Virus record (IMG/VR): IMGVR_UViG_3300031760_006602
DNA from: an uncultured virus (IMG/VR IMGVR_UViG_3300031760_006602)
Lineage: Duplodnaviria > Heunggongvirae > Uroviricota > Caudoviricetes
DNA length: 64,000 nt
Direction: 5' to 3' (one strand)
Shown: positions 29,941 to 41,327 of the stretch, in pieces
Layout of the letters: each line of letters opens with the position of its first letter
How positions within the stretch are numbered: position 1 is the first letter of the stretch
The notes under the pieces: model-generated
What the model saw: the letters and a program-made list of their open reading frames with translations, nothing else
Databases searched by the model: none
Told to the model about the DNA's origin: nothing
Translations under genes and position numbers: made by a program

Positions 29941-31918
29941 TTATGAGTAGAAAAGTTATGGTAGCTGAAGATACTAAAGATACTAAAGATGAGGTTTTAA
30001 TAGGGAAGACAAATAATTTTATTGCATATCAATATTCTATATTTGTTAAACTGGTTGATTTAAGTGGTAATTATACAGTGTTTACTAAACAAGAACTTAA
30101 AGAAATGATAGATTTGTTAAAAAAGTGTTATTCTAAAATATAATAATTTTGAGGAGGGTTTAGTTATGAAAACAAAAAGTAGTTTAATTATTGAAGGTTT
30201 GAGCAGGGTAGATGAGTCAGCTAAGAGTTTGGGAAATTATGTTAATATAGTAAAAGGCCAGTTAAATAGTATTGGTTTTGATATTGTTGTTGTTTATGAT
30301 AAAGGAACAGTATATGGTGTTAAAGATGGTATCTTATCCAAAGGAGAAGATAAGTATTTAAAGAAAAATACAGCTGCATTTTATATTTTTACTAAAGGTA
30401 CAGATTATAGCGATAGAGATAATGTTTTGGTATCGTGGTTCGCAGATAAAAAATATAATGGTGAAGAGAGAATAGGTAAAATGTATGTATCAAATCTTTT
30501 TGGAAATAAGATAGAAGATATACGTGTTGATTGGTATAAAAATGGGGGTTTTGCAGGAACAAAAAGTGTTAAAGATTATGTCGATTATCTTGAAGGTATT
30601 TTAGCTGAGACAGAAAACTTGAAAGATTATATTAAAAATGTTAAAAAGTTAGATAAAATAGTCGATGATATAAGTAAAAATATTAGTATTTTTCTTGACT
30701 TTGATGAAGTTGAAGAAGTTGCTAAAAAGGGACATAAAAGTTTTGTTTTTAAAGACCATTTAAATGTATAGTAAATAATTATTTTAGTGTATAATTAGGA
30801 GTGATTAAAGTTATGAATAAAATTAATTTAATTATTGAAGGGTTGAGTAAGTTAGACGAGTCTAAAAAATCCGTGGAAAATGAAGATAAGATAGCTAGTG
30901 CCGATGATTGTAAAGTTTTAGCAGAGAAACTTTTTAAAAAAGGTGGTTCAAAGTTAGTACCATTTACAAATACACATATTTACCCTAATAGACATGGGTG
31001 GTGTATTTATAATTATAAAATTGATGGACTTGAGTTACATGTTACATTAGACGAAAAAGTTAATGTAATTTTTCTTGACGGGGTTATTCCTGGTAAAGTA
31101 AATGTTTCAGATGAAATATATTTCAGACCTAAAGATTCTAAAAAAATTTATAAGTTTGCCGATATTCTTGTTAAGTTAGTAAAATTTGCATTAGATAAAG
31201 AAGCTAATCCAGAAGGTTATTTTACAGTTGGTGGAGAGTATGGTGGAACTTTAGTTCCTTATGTCGGGTGTACAAGGGGTGAATTTGGTCAAGGTTGGAA
31301 ACCAGATGTTTTAAAAAGGTTTAATAAATATAAATAATAAATTTAATATAAAGGAGAGCATAGTTTATTATAGTAATTTTAGTAGATTATGCTCTTATGT
31401 TGTTTAAAAAGGAGATTATATTATGAGAAAAATAGTAGAAGCAGTTAGTGATAATAAAGAAATTGATATGTTTTCAAAGTTTAAAGGTTTATCTGAAAAG
31501 GACAAGAAAATCATCATGTCCTATAAGGGCGAAGGTATTGAAGAAGAAACAGAGGATGAAGAAATAGATGAATCACGTAAAAAAGATGGTTCATTATGGA
31601 CAAAAGAAGAAGTTTTAAATTATATTAATACAAATGATGCTGGGTTATATAAAGCACTTGAATACTTATATTCTTGTCAGACAGATGCTGAAAAAGAAAG
31701 CGCCGTAACAAGTGTGACAAATGGAAAAGGGTTTAATAAGTTTGATGCCGAATTTTTAACTTCTATTTGCAAACAGTTGTTAGAGAGAAAATTTTTAACA
31801 CCGAAACAAAAAGAAGTAGCGAGAAAAAAGATAAAGAAATATATAAAACAGTTGGTAGATTTAGCAAATAGCTAATTGTACGTATTTCTTTTTATGTGAA
31901 GGGACGGAAATTTTACTT

Positions 31919-32848
31919 ATGATAGAAAGTACGATAGTAGATAAATATAAATTAAATGACTTAACACCTATTGAATTTCATAATGGTATACTCTTTAAAA
32001 GAGATGATTTGTATCAGCCTTTTAAAGATATTCCATTATCAGGTGGAAAAGTTAGACAGGCTATATCTTTAATTGCAAATAATGAAAAATATATAAAAGA
32101 AGATTGTTGTGGAAATATATTTCAAAGTCAGCTGATGTCAAGCCCGCAAGGGGTTATAATGTCAAGAGTAATAAAAGACTTTGGGTTTAATTTTACACTT
32201 TTTTATGGAAATACAAATCCAAAAGTGTTCTCTAAAAATAATTTGGTGTTATCTGCTATGGTGAATGGAGCAAGGGTTAATTACGAATCAAAACTTGCTT
32301 ATAATTCTGTGATAGAAAGTACTATAAAGAAGTACAAGGATAGAGGACTAAAATTTTTTAGAAGTGATTATTCTTTAAATACAGAATTTGATGAGGAAAG
32401 TATTTTTTATTCAAATGGAAACCAGGTACAAAATATACCTAAAGATTTAGATTATTTAATAATTCCTTGTGGACTATGTATAAGTGCAGTTGGGGTTATT
32501 AAAGGGTTATTAAAGTATAATATTTTACCAAAAAAGGTTTTATTAATTCAAATATCAGGGTATGATAGAAAATCAAAAGTTATAGATTATTTAGGAAAAG
32601 ACGCAGATAGTTTTGACTGGAAATTTTATGTTTCAAAAGATTTTCCATACAGTAAAGAATATAAATTTACTTATGGTAGTATAAGATTAGATAGTCATTA
32701 TGAATCAAAAGCATTTTATTTTATGGAAAAATATTTAAAAGAAAAGTTAAACAATAAAAAAATTTTGTTTTGGATAGTAGGGGATTCAACGGATATTAGA
32801 AATTATAAAGTAGATATACATAAGATAAGAGAAAGGAATGGTATGTAA
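31919..32848 (+). CDS. PLP-dependent enzyme (fold type II, ACC deaminase/D-Cys desulfhydrase-like)
   Basis: LTPIE, FKRDD, GGKVR, SPQG, QVQNIP, LDSHYESK, LFWIVG. Confidence 0.8.
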   Translation: MIESTIVDKYKLNDLTPIEFHNGILFKRDDLYQPFKDIPLSGGKVRQAISLIANNEKYIKEDCCGNIFQSQLMSSPQGVIMSRVIKDFGFNFTLFYGNTNPKVFSKNNLVLSAMVNGARVNYESKLAYNSVIESTIKKYKDRGLKFFRSDYSLNTEFDEESIFYSNGNQVQNIPKDLDYLIIPCGLCISAVGVIKGLLKYNILPKKVLLIQISGYDRKSKVIDYLGKDADSFDWKFYVSKDFPYSKEYKFTYGSIRLDSHYESKAFYFMEKYLKEKLNNKKILFWIVGDSTDIRNYKVDIHKIRERNGM

Positions 32849-32850
32849 TA

Positions 32851-33951
32851 ATGCAAGAAGAAAAAAGTTTAGAATTAAAAGTATCAGAAAGTACTTTAAG
32901 TAATGTTAGTTCTGAATATATTAGGTACATGATTTATTTGTTTGAAGAAACTTCTAAAAAGGTTTTTCCAAAAGAAATAAATGTCCCAAATGAGGGGTGG
33001 TTTGACTACATAGATTCTATATACAAGATATGTGGACAAGATATACCAAAAAAAGTTATTATAAATAATTTGCCAGAAATACATATAGATGGTGATAGTT
33101 TAGATAAACGTGGTGTGATGGTTGGAATTTCTGGGGGGTCAGACTCTACTACCTATGCATGTTATTTTATGGATAAAGGATATCATGTAGTACTTTATTC
33201 ATTGTTTAATGTTAATCGTGGTATTAGAAGTGAGAATAAAGTAGTAGAAAATTTTGCAAAACATTTTGGTTTAGAGTTAGATTATGATAAATTTAATTTT
33301 AAAGGGAGAACAAGTTACGCAGAATCACCTATAAAAAATCATTTAATAGCTACTTATATGATACCGCATATGGTAGATAGAGGTATTGTAAATATGAGTG
33401 AAGGTTTATTTGCTGATGATACTACAACAAATATTCATTTAACTACTTATTCAGATTATTATGATATATTTAGGTTGTTTGAGAAAGCTATACAGTATAC
33501 ATTTCCTCAATTTAGGTTTAAAGTTGTTTTTAAAAGTACAACACATAGAGCAGCATACCTTGTGAAATATCATAAAGATATTATACCTTTATATCAAACT
33601 TGTATTAGTCAAGATTTTTTGAGAAAGAGGCTTAGAGAGAAGGTTGAAAGTAAGTATCATTTAAATTCTCCAGAAAATAGATGTATGTCTTGTAGGAAAT
33701 GTGCATTAGATTATTTATTATTAGGTATTTTTGGGTATTTAAAAATAAATAAAAAATATGTTTTAGAGAATGTAAAAAAATTATTTTTAAAATATCATAA
33801 TTGTCCTACTGAGGGTAAAGAGGCAGATGAAGAGTATAAAAAAATTATTAAAGAGTTTATAGATTTTGGTGATTATGAGAGGTACCATTCTAATCCTTCA
33901 GTAATAGATGAAGATATAGAAAAAGTATTTAAAATTCATAATAGAGAATGA
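32851..33951 (+). CDS. QueC-like PP-loop ATPase
   Basis: ISGGSDS PP-loop, PIKN, TC...CMSCRKC Zn motif. Confidence 0.75.
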   Translation: MQEEKSLELKVSESTLSNVSSEYIRYMIYLFEETSKKVFPKEINVPNEGWFDYIDSIYKICGQDIPKKVIINNLPEIHIDGDSLDKRGVMVGISGGSDSTTYACYFMDKGYHVVLYSLFNVNRGIRSENKVVENFAKHFGLELDYDKFNFKGRTSYAESPIKNHLIATYMIPHMVDRGIVNMSEGLFADDTTTNIHLTTYSDYYDIFRLFEKAIQYTFPQFRFKVVFKSTTHRAAYLVKYHKDIIPLYQTCISQDFLRKRLREKVESKYHLNSPENRCMSCRKCALDYLLLGIFGYLKINKKYVLENVKKLFLKYHNCPTEGKEADEEYKKIIKEFIDFGDYERYHSNPSVIDEDIEKVFKIHNRE

Positions 33952-33991
33952 TAAATTTTAAATTGTTTATTATTTTTATTGGTGGTTAAAT

Positions 33992-34585
33992 ATGAGAAAA
34001 GTATTAGACGCGTTTGAAGTTTCAGATAATGAAGTTGAAATAAACAGGGGTTTATATAGAGAATATGTTACAACACATATTGAAAATGTAAGAAAAGGGT
34101 ATCAAAAGTTTTTTGTGCCGTTATGTAATAACGATTCTGTAAATCCAAAATATTTTACAAAACAAGAAATGATTGATGCTATTGCAAAACTTGGTAATCA
34201 TGTTTTGTTACATGATGCTACAAAATGGAGTCCAGAAGAGTTTGAGCCGTATCGTTATAAATTTTACCCTACAAAACAAGAAAAATCAGACCCGAACTAT
34301 AATGAAAATATGAAAAGGGTTTTTGCAGAAGGGTGGAAACATCACCATGAAAATAATGAACATCATTTAAATCATTGGTGTGAAGATGGTATCAATAGAG
34401 ATATGCCGTTGGATTATATTTTTGAAATGATTTGTGATTGGTATGCAATGTCCGTTTATTTTAAGTCAAGCATAGTTGAGTGGTATGAAAAAGATGCCAA
34501 AAAAGAAAGAGCTATGATGACTGAAAAAACTAAAAATATAGTTGATGATTTATTATATAATGTTTTGAAAGATAAAATATTTTAA
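33992..34585 (+). CDS. HD-superfamily-like protein (DUF5662-like)
   Basis: HIENV, HDATK, WKHHHENNEHH, EMICDW. Confidence 0.7.
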   Translation: MRKVLDAFEVSDNEVEINRGLYREYVTTHIENVRKGYQKFFVPLCNNDSVNPKYFTKQEMIDAIAKLGNHVLLHDATKWSPEEFEPYRYKFYPTKQEKSDPNYNENMKRVFAEGWKHHHENNEHHLNHWCEDGINRDMPLDYIFEMICDWYAMSVYFKSSIVEWYEKDAKKERAMMTEKTKNIVDDLLYNVLKDKIF

Positions 34586-34602
34586 GAAAAGGAAAAGGGT
34601 AA

Positions 34603-35664
34603 ATGGTAGGTAAAGGGGTAATCAACGTAAGTAAAAATAAAGATGGAGAAAAGGTTTACCATATAGAATATCTTGGAAAAACTTTTGATACTTTATTTCA
34701 TAAAGAACTTTCAGATAGCGAATATATGGAAGTTGTAAGTTATTTTAGAACAAAGCCTGATTTTGAATTGGTAAAAAGACAGTTACTTGACTTATTTTAT
34801 GGTAGTAAGATTATTAATTATGTAGACAGGTATTATTTCCGGGATATATGGTCTAAAGTTTGTCTTTATCATAGTATATGGAGTATAGAAGAGGTTTTAG
34901 ATTGTAAATGTTTGGTAGAGGTTTTTGCCGATAAGGTAAGTGAAAACAAAGAAGTTTTTCCTGATACTATGTCTTTACCTCAAAAGATAGAAACAGCTTT
35001 TAGGATTGGTGGTTCTGGTATTTGTACAAAACCTTCTAATTTCCCTTATTCTGAAATAGATAGTATTTTAGAAAAGTACAATGTAAATAATCATTATTAC
35101 GATTTTTCTTGTGGCTGGGGTGTACGATTACTTTGTTCTATGGTAAGAAATGTAAATTACTATGGTACAGACCCAAATTATTTATTGGTAGAAAGATTAA
35201 ATCAGTTAATACATGATTTTAAGGATATTTTTATTAGTAGTGATAGTGTAGCAAAAATTTATTGTCAAGGTTCTGAAACTTTAATTCCTGAATTAGTGGG
35301 AAAGATTGGACTGGCTTTTAGTTCACCGCCTTATTTTAATTTAGAAGATTATAGGGTAGGGGATAAGCAATCATATAAAGCAGGTGTTACAAGTTATAAA
35401 AGTTGGTTAGAGAATTACTATATACCCACAATGAAGAATATTTATCAGTATTTAATTCCTGAAGGGTATTTTATGTTAAACATAAAAGACTTTGGGAAAC
35501 ATAAGTTAGAAGAACATACTGTTTTGTTAGCAGAACATTATTGTAATTTTAAACATGTAGATACTATTAAGTTAAAAAACATTGTACGGAATGTAATGGA
35601 TTCTGATGGTGGTTCAAAAGCAATAGATAATACAGAAAATATTTTTGTATTTAAAAAGAAATAA
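34603..35664 (+). CDS. Amino (N4-C/N6-A) DNA methyltransferase-like protein
   Basis: DFSCGWG (motif I), GTDPN, FSSPPYF (motif IV). Confidence 0.85.
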   Translation: MVGKGVINVSKNKDGEKVYHIEYLGKTFDTLFHKELSDSEYMEVVSYFRTKPDFELVKRQLLDLFYGSKIINYVDRYYFRDIWSKVCLYHSIWSIEEVLDCKCLVEVFADKVSENKEVFPDTMSLPQKIETAFRIGGSGICTKPSNFPYSEIDSILEKYNVNNHYYDFSCGWGVRLLCSMVRNVNYYGTDPNYLLVERLNQLIHDFKDIFISSDSVAKIYCQGSETLIPELVGKIGLAFSSPPYFNLEDYRVGDKQSYKAGVTSYKSWLENYYIPTMKNIYQYLIPEGYFMLNIKDFGKHKLEEHTVLLAEHYCNFKHVDTIKLKNIVRNVMDSDGGSKAIDNTENIFVFKKK

Positions 35665-35725
35665 TTGTTAATACTTTGTAATAAAAAGTTGTAAATGTAA
35701 AAATTTATGACTTTTTTTGTATAAA

Positions 35726-35758
35726 TTACTTTACTTTAAGTAAAATTTGTGTTATACT
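35726..35758 (+). promoter_or_regulatory. Extended -10 promoter with palindromic operator
   Basis: TTTACT-17bp-TATACT with TG; TACTT-N6-AAGTA. Confidence 0.8.
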
Positions 35759-35791
35759 ATAGATACAGTAGTAGATTGGTTGGTGTTAATA

Positions 35792-36475
35792 ATGGGTTTA
35801 TTGAGAGATTTGGAGGGTAGTTATATGATACATGAAGGAATTAGTTATAACAAAGTAGGCAGTATTTTAGAAGGTCTTGATAAAAGTAATTATATAATGG
35901 ATGGGTATGATAGGTACAATAAAATCAACGAATCCAGTTTATCCCGTATTATGAAACATGTTGAGAACGGATTTTTTACTATGTCTGCTTTTCGTTCTGA
36001 AAATGATAAGAAACAAAACAAAGATGCTACAAAGAAATTAATGTCTGATTTAAAGTCTGAAGGTTTAGGGTTTATTCAGTTAATTGGAGGGTATGTAGAA
36101 CATAATCAGGAAACCGGAGAACCTATTAATGTAGAGGAAATTTCTTTGTTTGTTCCGTACAAAAATGATATTGAGGAAGATAAGTTTTTGGGTATTGTAA
36201 GAAAGTTAGCCATTAAATATAAACAAGAGGGATTTATTGTTTGCCTACCTTCCACACAAAAGATTATTATGTATGCAAGGGACGATATTTCCAGTAGTTC
36301 TTTTACAGAGACGGATTTAGGAAAATTTAATATTAAGAAAATGTCAAATTACTATTCAAGGCTTAAAAAGGGAGGTAGTCAAACTAATATTAAATATACC
36401 TTTGAGGGGTACCGTGTTCCTTCCTCTTGGATTAATTCTGTAGTAATGGAATCGGAAGGATGTGTAAATCCATGA
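35792..36475 (+). CDS. Conserved large-phage hypothetical protein
   Basis: INESSLSRI, SAFR, GGYVE, KYKQE pattern; start codon uncertain. Confidence 0.6.
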   Translation: MGLLRDLEGSYMIHEGISYNKVGSILEGLDKSNYIMDGYDRYNKINESSLSRIMKHVENGFFTMSAFRSENDKKQNKDATKKLMSDLKSEGLGFIQLIGGYVEHNQETGEPINVEEISLFVPYKNDIEEDKFLGIVRKLAIKYKQEGFIVCLPSTQKIIMYARDDISSSSFTETDLGKFNIKKMSNYYSRLKKGGSQTNIKYTFEGYRVPSSWINSVVMESEGCVNP

Positions 36476-36813
36476 TTTACACATCCTATTTTGGCAATTA
36501 CAGACATTTACCGTTAGAAAAGTGTGTTTCAATAGCAAGACAGACTGTGGGTAGAATACCGTCTTATGAAAAATTATTTCCACAAGAATACTTGTTATAT
36601 GATTATAAACGTGGTAAAGTTACTCCAGGACAGTATGTAAATTTATATAAGGTTGAAGTATTAGATAGGTTAGACCCATATCAAGTATATAAAGAGCTTG
36701 ATGGGTGTATTTTATTATGTTATGAAACACCAGAAAAGTTTTGTCATAGACATATTGTGGAAGCTTGGTTTAAACATTATGGGTTAGAGTGCGAGGAGTA
36801 TAAAAATAAGTAG
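36472..36813 (+). CDS. DUF488-like protein
   Basis: IYTSYF, SIAR, LLCYE...FCHR. Confidence 0.75.
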   Translation: MIYTSYFGNYRHLPLEKCVSIARQTVGRIPSYEKLFPQEYLLYDYKRGKVTPGQYVNLYKVEVLDRLDPYQVYKELDGCILLCYETPEKFCHRHIVEAWFKHYGLECEEYKNK

Positions 36814-37008
36814 GGTATATTGATTATACTTTATAGGTATTATATCTTTTAGGTATAAATCCATAAAGACTTTATAGGTTTTGAAGAACTTCAAGTTGAA
36901 AAACATATGCAAACATAGATAAATACTATATTCTTTCAAGTAGACTTATTTTTTGAAAATCTGAAAAATATTAAAATTTTACTTAATTTTAATAATGGAG
37001 GGATTATC

Positions 37009-37200
37009 TTGGCAGGTGTACAAGACGCCACTAAATGTATAAAGTGTAAAGGAACTCCTCAAGTATGGTATAAGAAAACAAAACGTACCATAGAGTATTG
37101 GACAGAATGTTATACTTGTGGGTTCAAGACACAACGATATAGAAGTAAAGAGGAAGCTGTAAGGGCTTGGAGTAAATTAAACAAAAAAGAAGGGAAGTGA
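37009..37200 (+). CDS. Lar-like small Zn-finger protein
   Basis: CIKC...CYTCG...EEAVRAW. Confidence 0.6.
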   Translation: MAGVQDATKCIKCKGTPQVWYKKTKRTIEYWTECYTCGFKTQRYRSKEEAVRAWSKLNKKEGK

Positions 37201-38315
37201 TTACATGAATGATAAAGAGGAGTTAACAGAGAAACAAATAGAAGACATATTGTATCGGTTAGGGTTACCTATAGTAGAGTTTATAAGAAACTATTTATCA
37301 AAAGAGCATGTAATTAACATTGATAGTAAGTCCATCACCTTATGGATGAAGGAGAAGGGTTTATCCGTAGATGAAATCAATAAACCTAATATAGCAGTAC
37401 GGAAACAGATTTCCGTGGAGTATTTTATTCTTGGTGAAGATAATATGCCAGAATGGTTTTCTAATGGGTTAACAGACTATGGTACTGTGAAGTTTGATAA
37501 GAATATAGAATCTGGTTCCAGTGCTTATAAGGTTTTAGTATCTGACGATACATGGAAAGATTGTTATTATGGGGATGTAATTGTACTGGACGAGTATGGG
37601 GTAATGGACGTATTTAATAGAAAGTACTTTGATAAGAACTATGAGATACAAAAGTAGAGGTAGTTAAGATGGGTAAGATTAAAAATAAAAAAACAAATGA
37701 AACAGAAAGTAATACCGGAAGTACTTTAGGGTATTGTGTATTACCCTGTAGAGAAGTAGAGTTAGATAAGATGTCAAAGAGAGAATTCTTAACTATATGT
37801 GATAAGTACTTTACGGATAGAACAGAGAATACAGTAAAGGCATTGATTAAGAAACATAGTGAGTTTAAACTTGATTTTAAAAAGGGTATAGGTAAAACTT
37901 ATCTTCCAGAAAATGTTTCTGTGGGGATGTTGGGAATACTATCCACTCACTTTAACGTAAGTAAGATTAGTAATTTAGATACAAATCAGATACAGGAAGC
38001 GATTCTTGTATTGTCTTATATGTACAAAAAGTCAGTACCTATCTTTAGAGATTTTAAGGTTTCTTTTACGGATAGAAAGAACGCATGTAATGTGTATAAA
38101 ATATCTGATTATGCGAAAGAGGAAGCTATTAAAAAAGGTTTAAACGAGAGATTTGGTTCTGATGCTGCAAGGGTAGTAACTTCTCTTGTCGGTAGTAATA
38201 CATTAGTAAGGGCTTATCCTTTTGAAGCGTGTAAGGTTTTGTTAGAAAAGATGTTAAATTTAATAGTAGAAATGGAAAAATTGGATTTCAGTTCCAGTAG
38301 AATAGGATGATATAG

Positions 38316-39002
38316 ATGATATACTTAACAGGTGATGTACATTTACCTTATGATGTTAGTAAGTTACGTTATTTTAAAGAACAAGATAATCTTACAAGAG
38401 ATGATTATGTAATTGTATTAGGGGATTTTGGTTTACTGTGGAAAAAGGACAACGATACCTATAAACAGTGGTTAAAGTGGTTTAATCAAAGAAAATATAC
38501 ATTATTGTGGTTAGATGGAAACCATGAAAATCATGAATTATTAAATTCTTACCCTGTAGAGATTTGGAATGGTGGTAAGGTTCATAAGATTTCTGATAAT
38601 ATCATTCATTTAATGAGGGGTCAGGTGTTTTCTATACAGGAAAATACATTTTTTACAATGGGTGGTGCCTGGTCTATTGATAAACATTATAGAATAGATA
38701 GGATTTCATGGTGGCAGGAAGAAGAGCCTAATCATAGTGAGATGGAAGAAGGGTTTGAAAATCTTGAAAGTCACAATAATGAAGTAGATTATGTACTAAC
38801 ACATACTTGTCCCTTTTCTGTGATAACAGAGATGTTTCAACCCACTGTGGTATATAATTCAGTAACAGAATCTTATTTAGATGAAATAAAAGATAAAATA
38901 AAATATAAGAAATGGTATTTTGGACATTGGCATAAAGATGTATCTTATGATAACTATGTATGTTTGTATAATAAGATAGTAAAACTTGGTGATGGAGTAT
39001 GA
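38316..39002 (+). CDS. Calcineurin-like metallophosphoesterase
   Basis: GDVH, LGDFG, DGNHE, THT and FGHWH are all intact. Confidence 0.92.
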   Translation: MIYLTGDVHLPYDVSKLRYFKEQDNLTRDDYVIVLGDFGLLWKKDNDTYKQWLKWFNQRKYTLLWLDGNHENHELLNSYPVEIWNGGKVHKISDNIIHLMRGQVFSIQENTFFTMGGAWSIDKHYRIDRISWWQEEEPNHSEMEEGFENLESHNNEVDYVLTHTCPFSVITEMFQPTVVYNSVTESYLDEIKDKIKYKKWYFGHWHKDVSYDNYVCLYNKIVKLGDGV

Positions 39003-39236
39003 CGTTTGATAAGTGGTTAGGAAAATCAAAAAATAAGAAAAGGGAGCATAGAAAACAGTACCATGGAAGTAAGTCTTTTGACTGTACATGTAGAAACCAT
39101 GGTGGGTGTGGATGGTGCGAGGAAAATCGTAAATATTCTTATATAAAAGAACAACAAAAAGCAGATGATAAGATAAAGGAGTATATAGACTCTAAAGAAT
39201 AGGGTTATGGTTGATAGGTAGGAGGTAATAGGTAGT

Positions 39237-40772
39237 ATGTATGAAACAATGAAGGGAATGTATTATGACTATGATAAATTAATATTGAAAGTCCCTAAAG
39301 AAATTAGACGGTTCATGGAGTTATTACAGAATGAAGGGAATTGTATTGTTTATGTAGTTGGTGGTGCCGTAAGAGATTTATATAGAGGGGTAGAGCCTCA
39401 TGATTATGATTTAACAAGTAAATTAACTCCTGATGAAATTAAATCTATTTTAAGTAAGTATGATAAAATTAAAGTAGTAGATAGGCTGGGTAATAACTTT
39501 GGGGTAGTAGTGGTAAGTTTAGGTAGTTATGTTGTAGAAATTGCCACTTTTCGAAGGGAAGTTTATGGTAGTGACCCTCACCGTCCTGAACGTGTAGAGT
39601 TTTCTGATTCTATATTAGAGGATTTATCAAGACGGGATTTTACAATGAATGCAATGGCAATTGATTTGTATTATAATATTATAGACCCGTTTTGTGGTAG
39701 ATATGATATTTCTAATAAATTATTAAGAACAGTTGGAAGTGCTGAAAAACGTTATATAGAGGACCCGTTACGTTTGTACAGAGCTTGTCGATTTGTAGGA
39801 CAGTTAGGGTTTAAATATGTAGAAGATGATTATATTAAAAACAGTTTTGTAAGTTGGGATACTTCTTTTATTAAAGCACAGGAAAGTCGAATCAATTCTT
39901 TATCTGTAGAACGTGTAAAGCAGGAAATGGAAAAATTGATAGTAAGTCCTTATGTGTTACGTGGAATGATTTTGTTTATGGATAGTGGGTTGGTACATAC
40001 AGGGTGTACAGATAGAAGAGATGGTAAAGAGATGGTTGTTTTTCCTTTCCGTTGTTTAGAACATTTAAAAGGGTTAATACAAAATAAAAAGTATCATAGA
40101 TTTGATGCTTGGGAACATACGTTATATGCTATTAATAGAAACAATAATGTATTTTGTGATAAAGTTATTTCTTGGGCTTTGTTGTTTCATGATGTTGGTA
40201 AAGGTACAATAGGGATAAGAGATTATAAAGACGGTGTACCTACTGATTATGGACATGAAAAACGTTCCGCAGAGATAGCTGAAAAGTCTTTACGTGAGTT
40301 GGGGTTCAATGAAAAACAAATAAAGTTGATTACATTTTTAATTAGACGTCATATGGACTTTCCTGTGTTTATAAAGGGTAGTGATTATACAATTAAACAT
40401 TGGTTACGAAAGAATGCAGTAGGGTTTAAAAATCAAGAACAGTATAAATATGCATTTAATCGTTTGTATGGGGTAATGTGTAGTGATAAGATAGCAAGTA
40501 TTAGAAATTTTGAAGAAGAGAAAGTATTAAGTGAGAAACTTGTTAAAGCTATGTGTTATCTTGACGCTATGATGGTAATTCATTCCAGTGACTTACACAT
40601 TAAAGGAGACTTTATTGTCATTGCATTAAAAGGTACACCTATTAAAGTACAGGATATGTATAGAGAATTGATAAAAATGGTACAAGACGGAAATTTACAG
40701 AATGATGAAATATCTTTAATGAAATCAGTTAAAGCAAAAGTAAAAAGGTATCTCAACAGTAAAAAACCTTAA
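39237..40772 (+). CDS. CCA-adding enzyme/poly(A) polymerase family nucleotidyltransferase with HD domain
   Basis: VGGAVRD, DYD, RRDFTMNAM, EDPLR, ERV, followed by H..HT...FHDVGK...GHE. Confidence 0.92.
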   Translation: MYETMKGMYYDYDKLILKVPKEIRRFMELLQNEGNCIVYVVGGAVRDLYRGVEPHDYDLTSKLTPDEIKSILSKYDKIKVVDRLGNNFGVVVVSLGSYVVEIATFRREVYGSDPHRPERVEFSDSILEDLSRRDFTMNAMAIDLYYNIIDPFCGRYDISNKLLRTVGSAEKRYIEDPLRLYRACRFVGQLGFKYVEDDYIKNSFVSWDTSFIKAQESRINSLSVERVKQEMEKLIVSPYVLRGMILFMDSGLVHTGCTDRRDGKEMVVFPFRCLEHLKGLIQNKKYHRFDAWEHTLYAINRNNNVFCDKVISWALLFHDVGKGTIGIRDYKDGVPTDYGHEKRSAEIAEKSLRELGFNEKQIKLITFLIRRHMDFPVFIKGSDYTIKHWLRKNAVGFKNQEQYKYAFNRLYGVMCSDKIASIRNFEEEKVLSEKLVKAMCYLDAMMVIHSSDLHIKGDFIVIALKGTPIKVQDMYRELIKMVQDGNLQNDEISLMKSVKAKVKRYLNSKKP

Positions 40773-40854
40773 ATTTATTGTAAGTGATGTACGTATAGTT
40801 ATAATAATTGGTAAATAATGTACAAAAGAATTAAAAGATGGCGGGGTTTTTATA

Positions 40855-41040
40855 ATGGTAGGAATGAAAACAATAGCTGAATCATCTAAAGAGTTAGGTA
40901 TTTGCTATAATACGATGAGGAAGTATGTGATTATGGGATTAGTGAAACACATACGACTTGGAAGGTCTTACTTAATTTCTGAAGATGAGTTATCAAGGAT
41001 TAAAAAGGAAGGGATTCGGTTACCTTCTCAAGAGGATTGA
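40855..41040 (+). CDS. Excisionase/MerR-like HTH DNA-binding protein
   Basis: Short HTH (ESSKELGICYNTMRKY) plus a wing (IRLGRSYLI). Confidence 0.7.
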   Translation: MVGMKTIAESSKELGICYNTMRKYVIMGLVKHIRLGRSYLISEDELSRIKKEGIRLPSQED

Positions 41041-41327
41041 TTATGTCAGATAATAGTTTAAGAGAACAGATTTACGAAGCTGAAAAATTTGCAGATAAGT
41101 TAATCACATTTGACGTAGTACCTAAACCGAAACAAGAGAAAGTAAAAGAAAGTAGCAGACTTGATGTAACAAAATATACTAAAGAGATAGAACATGAAGG
41201 AGATAAAGTAAAAATCACTGTAGAAATACCTATGGAAGAGTATAATAAAAATTTTCGTAAGTATTTAAGTAGTGGTATGGATTTATCTGTTTCAGTACGT
41301 TCACATATAGATAAAGGGGAATAGGGT

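Noticed and set aside
32141..32149. Self-target of spacer ttgcgggct (complement agcccgcaa at 32141; 8-nt match at 52710)
   Set aside because: Neither neighbouring spacer matches the flanking sequence, and single 8-9-nt matches are expected by chance. I could not search all spacers exhaustively.
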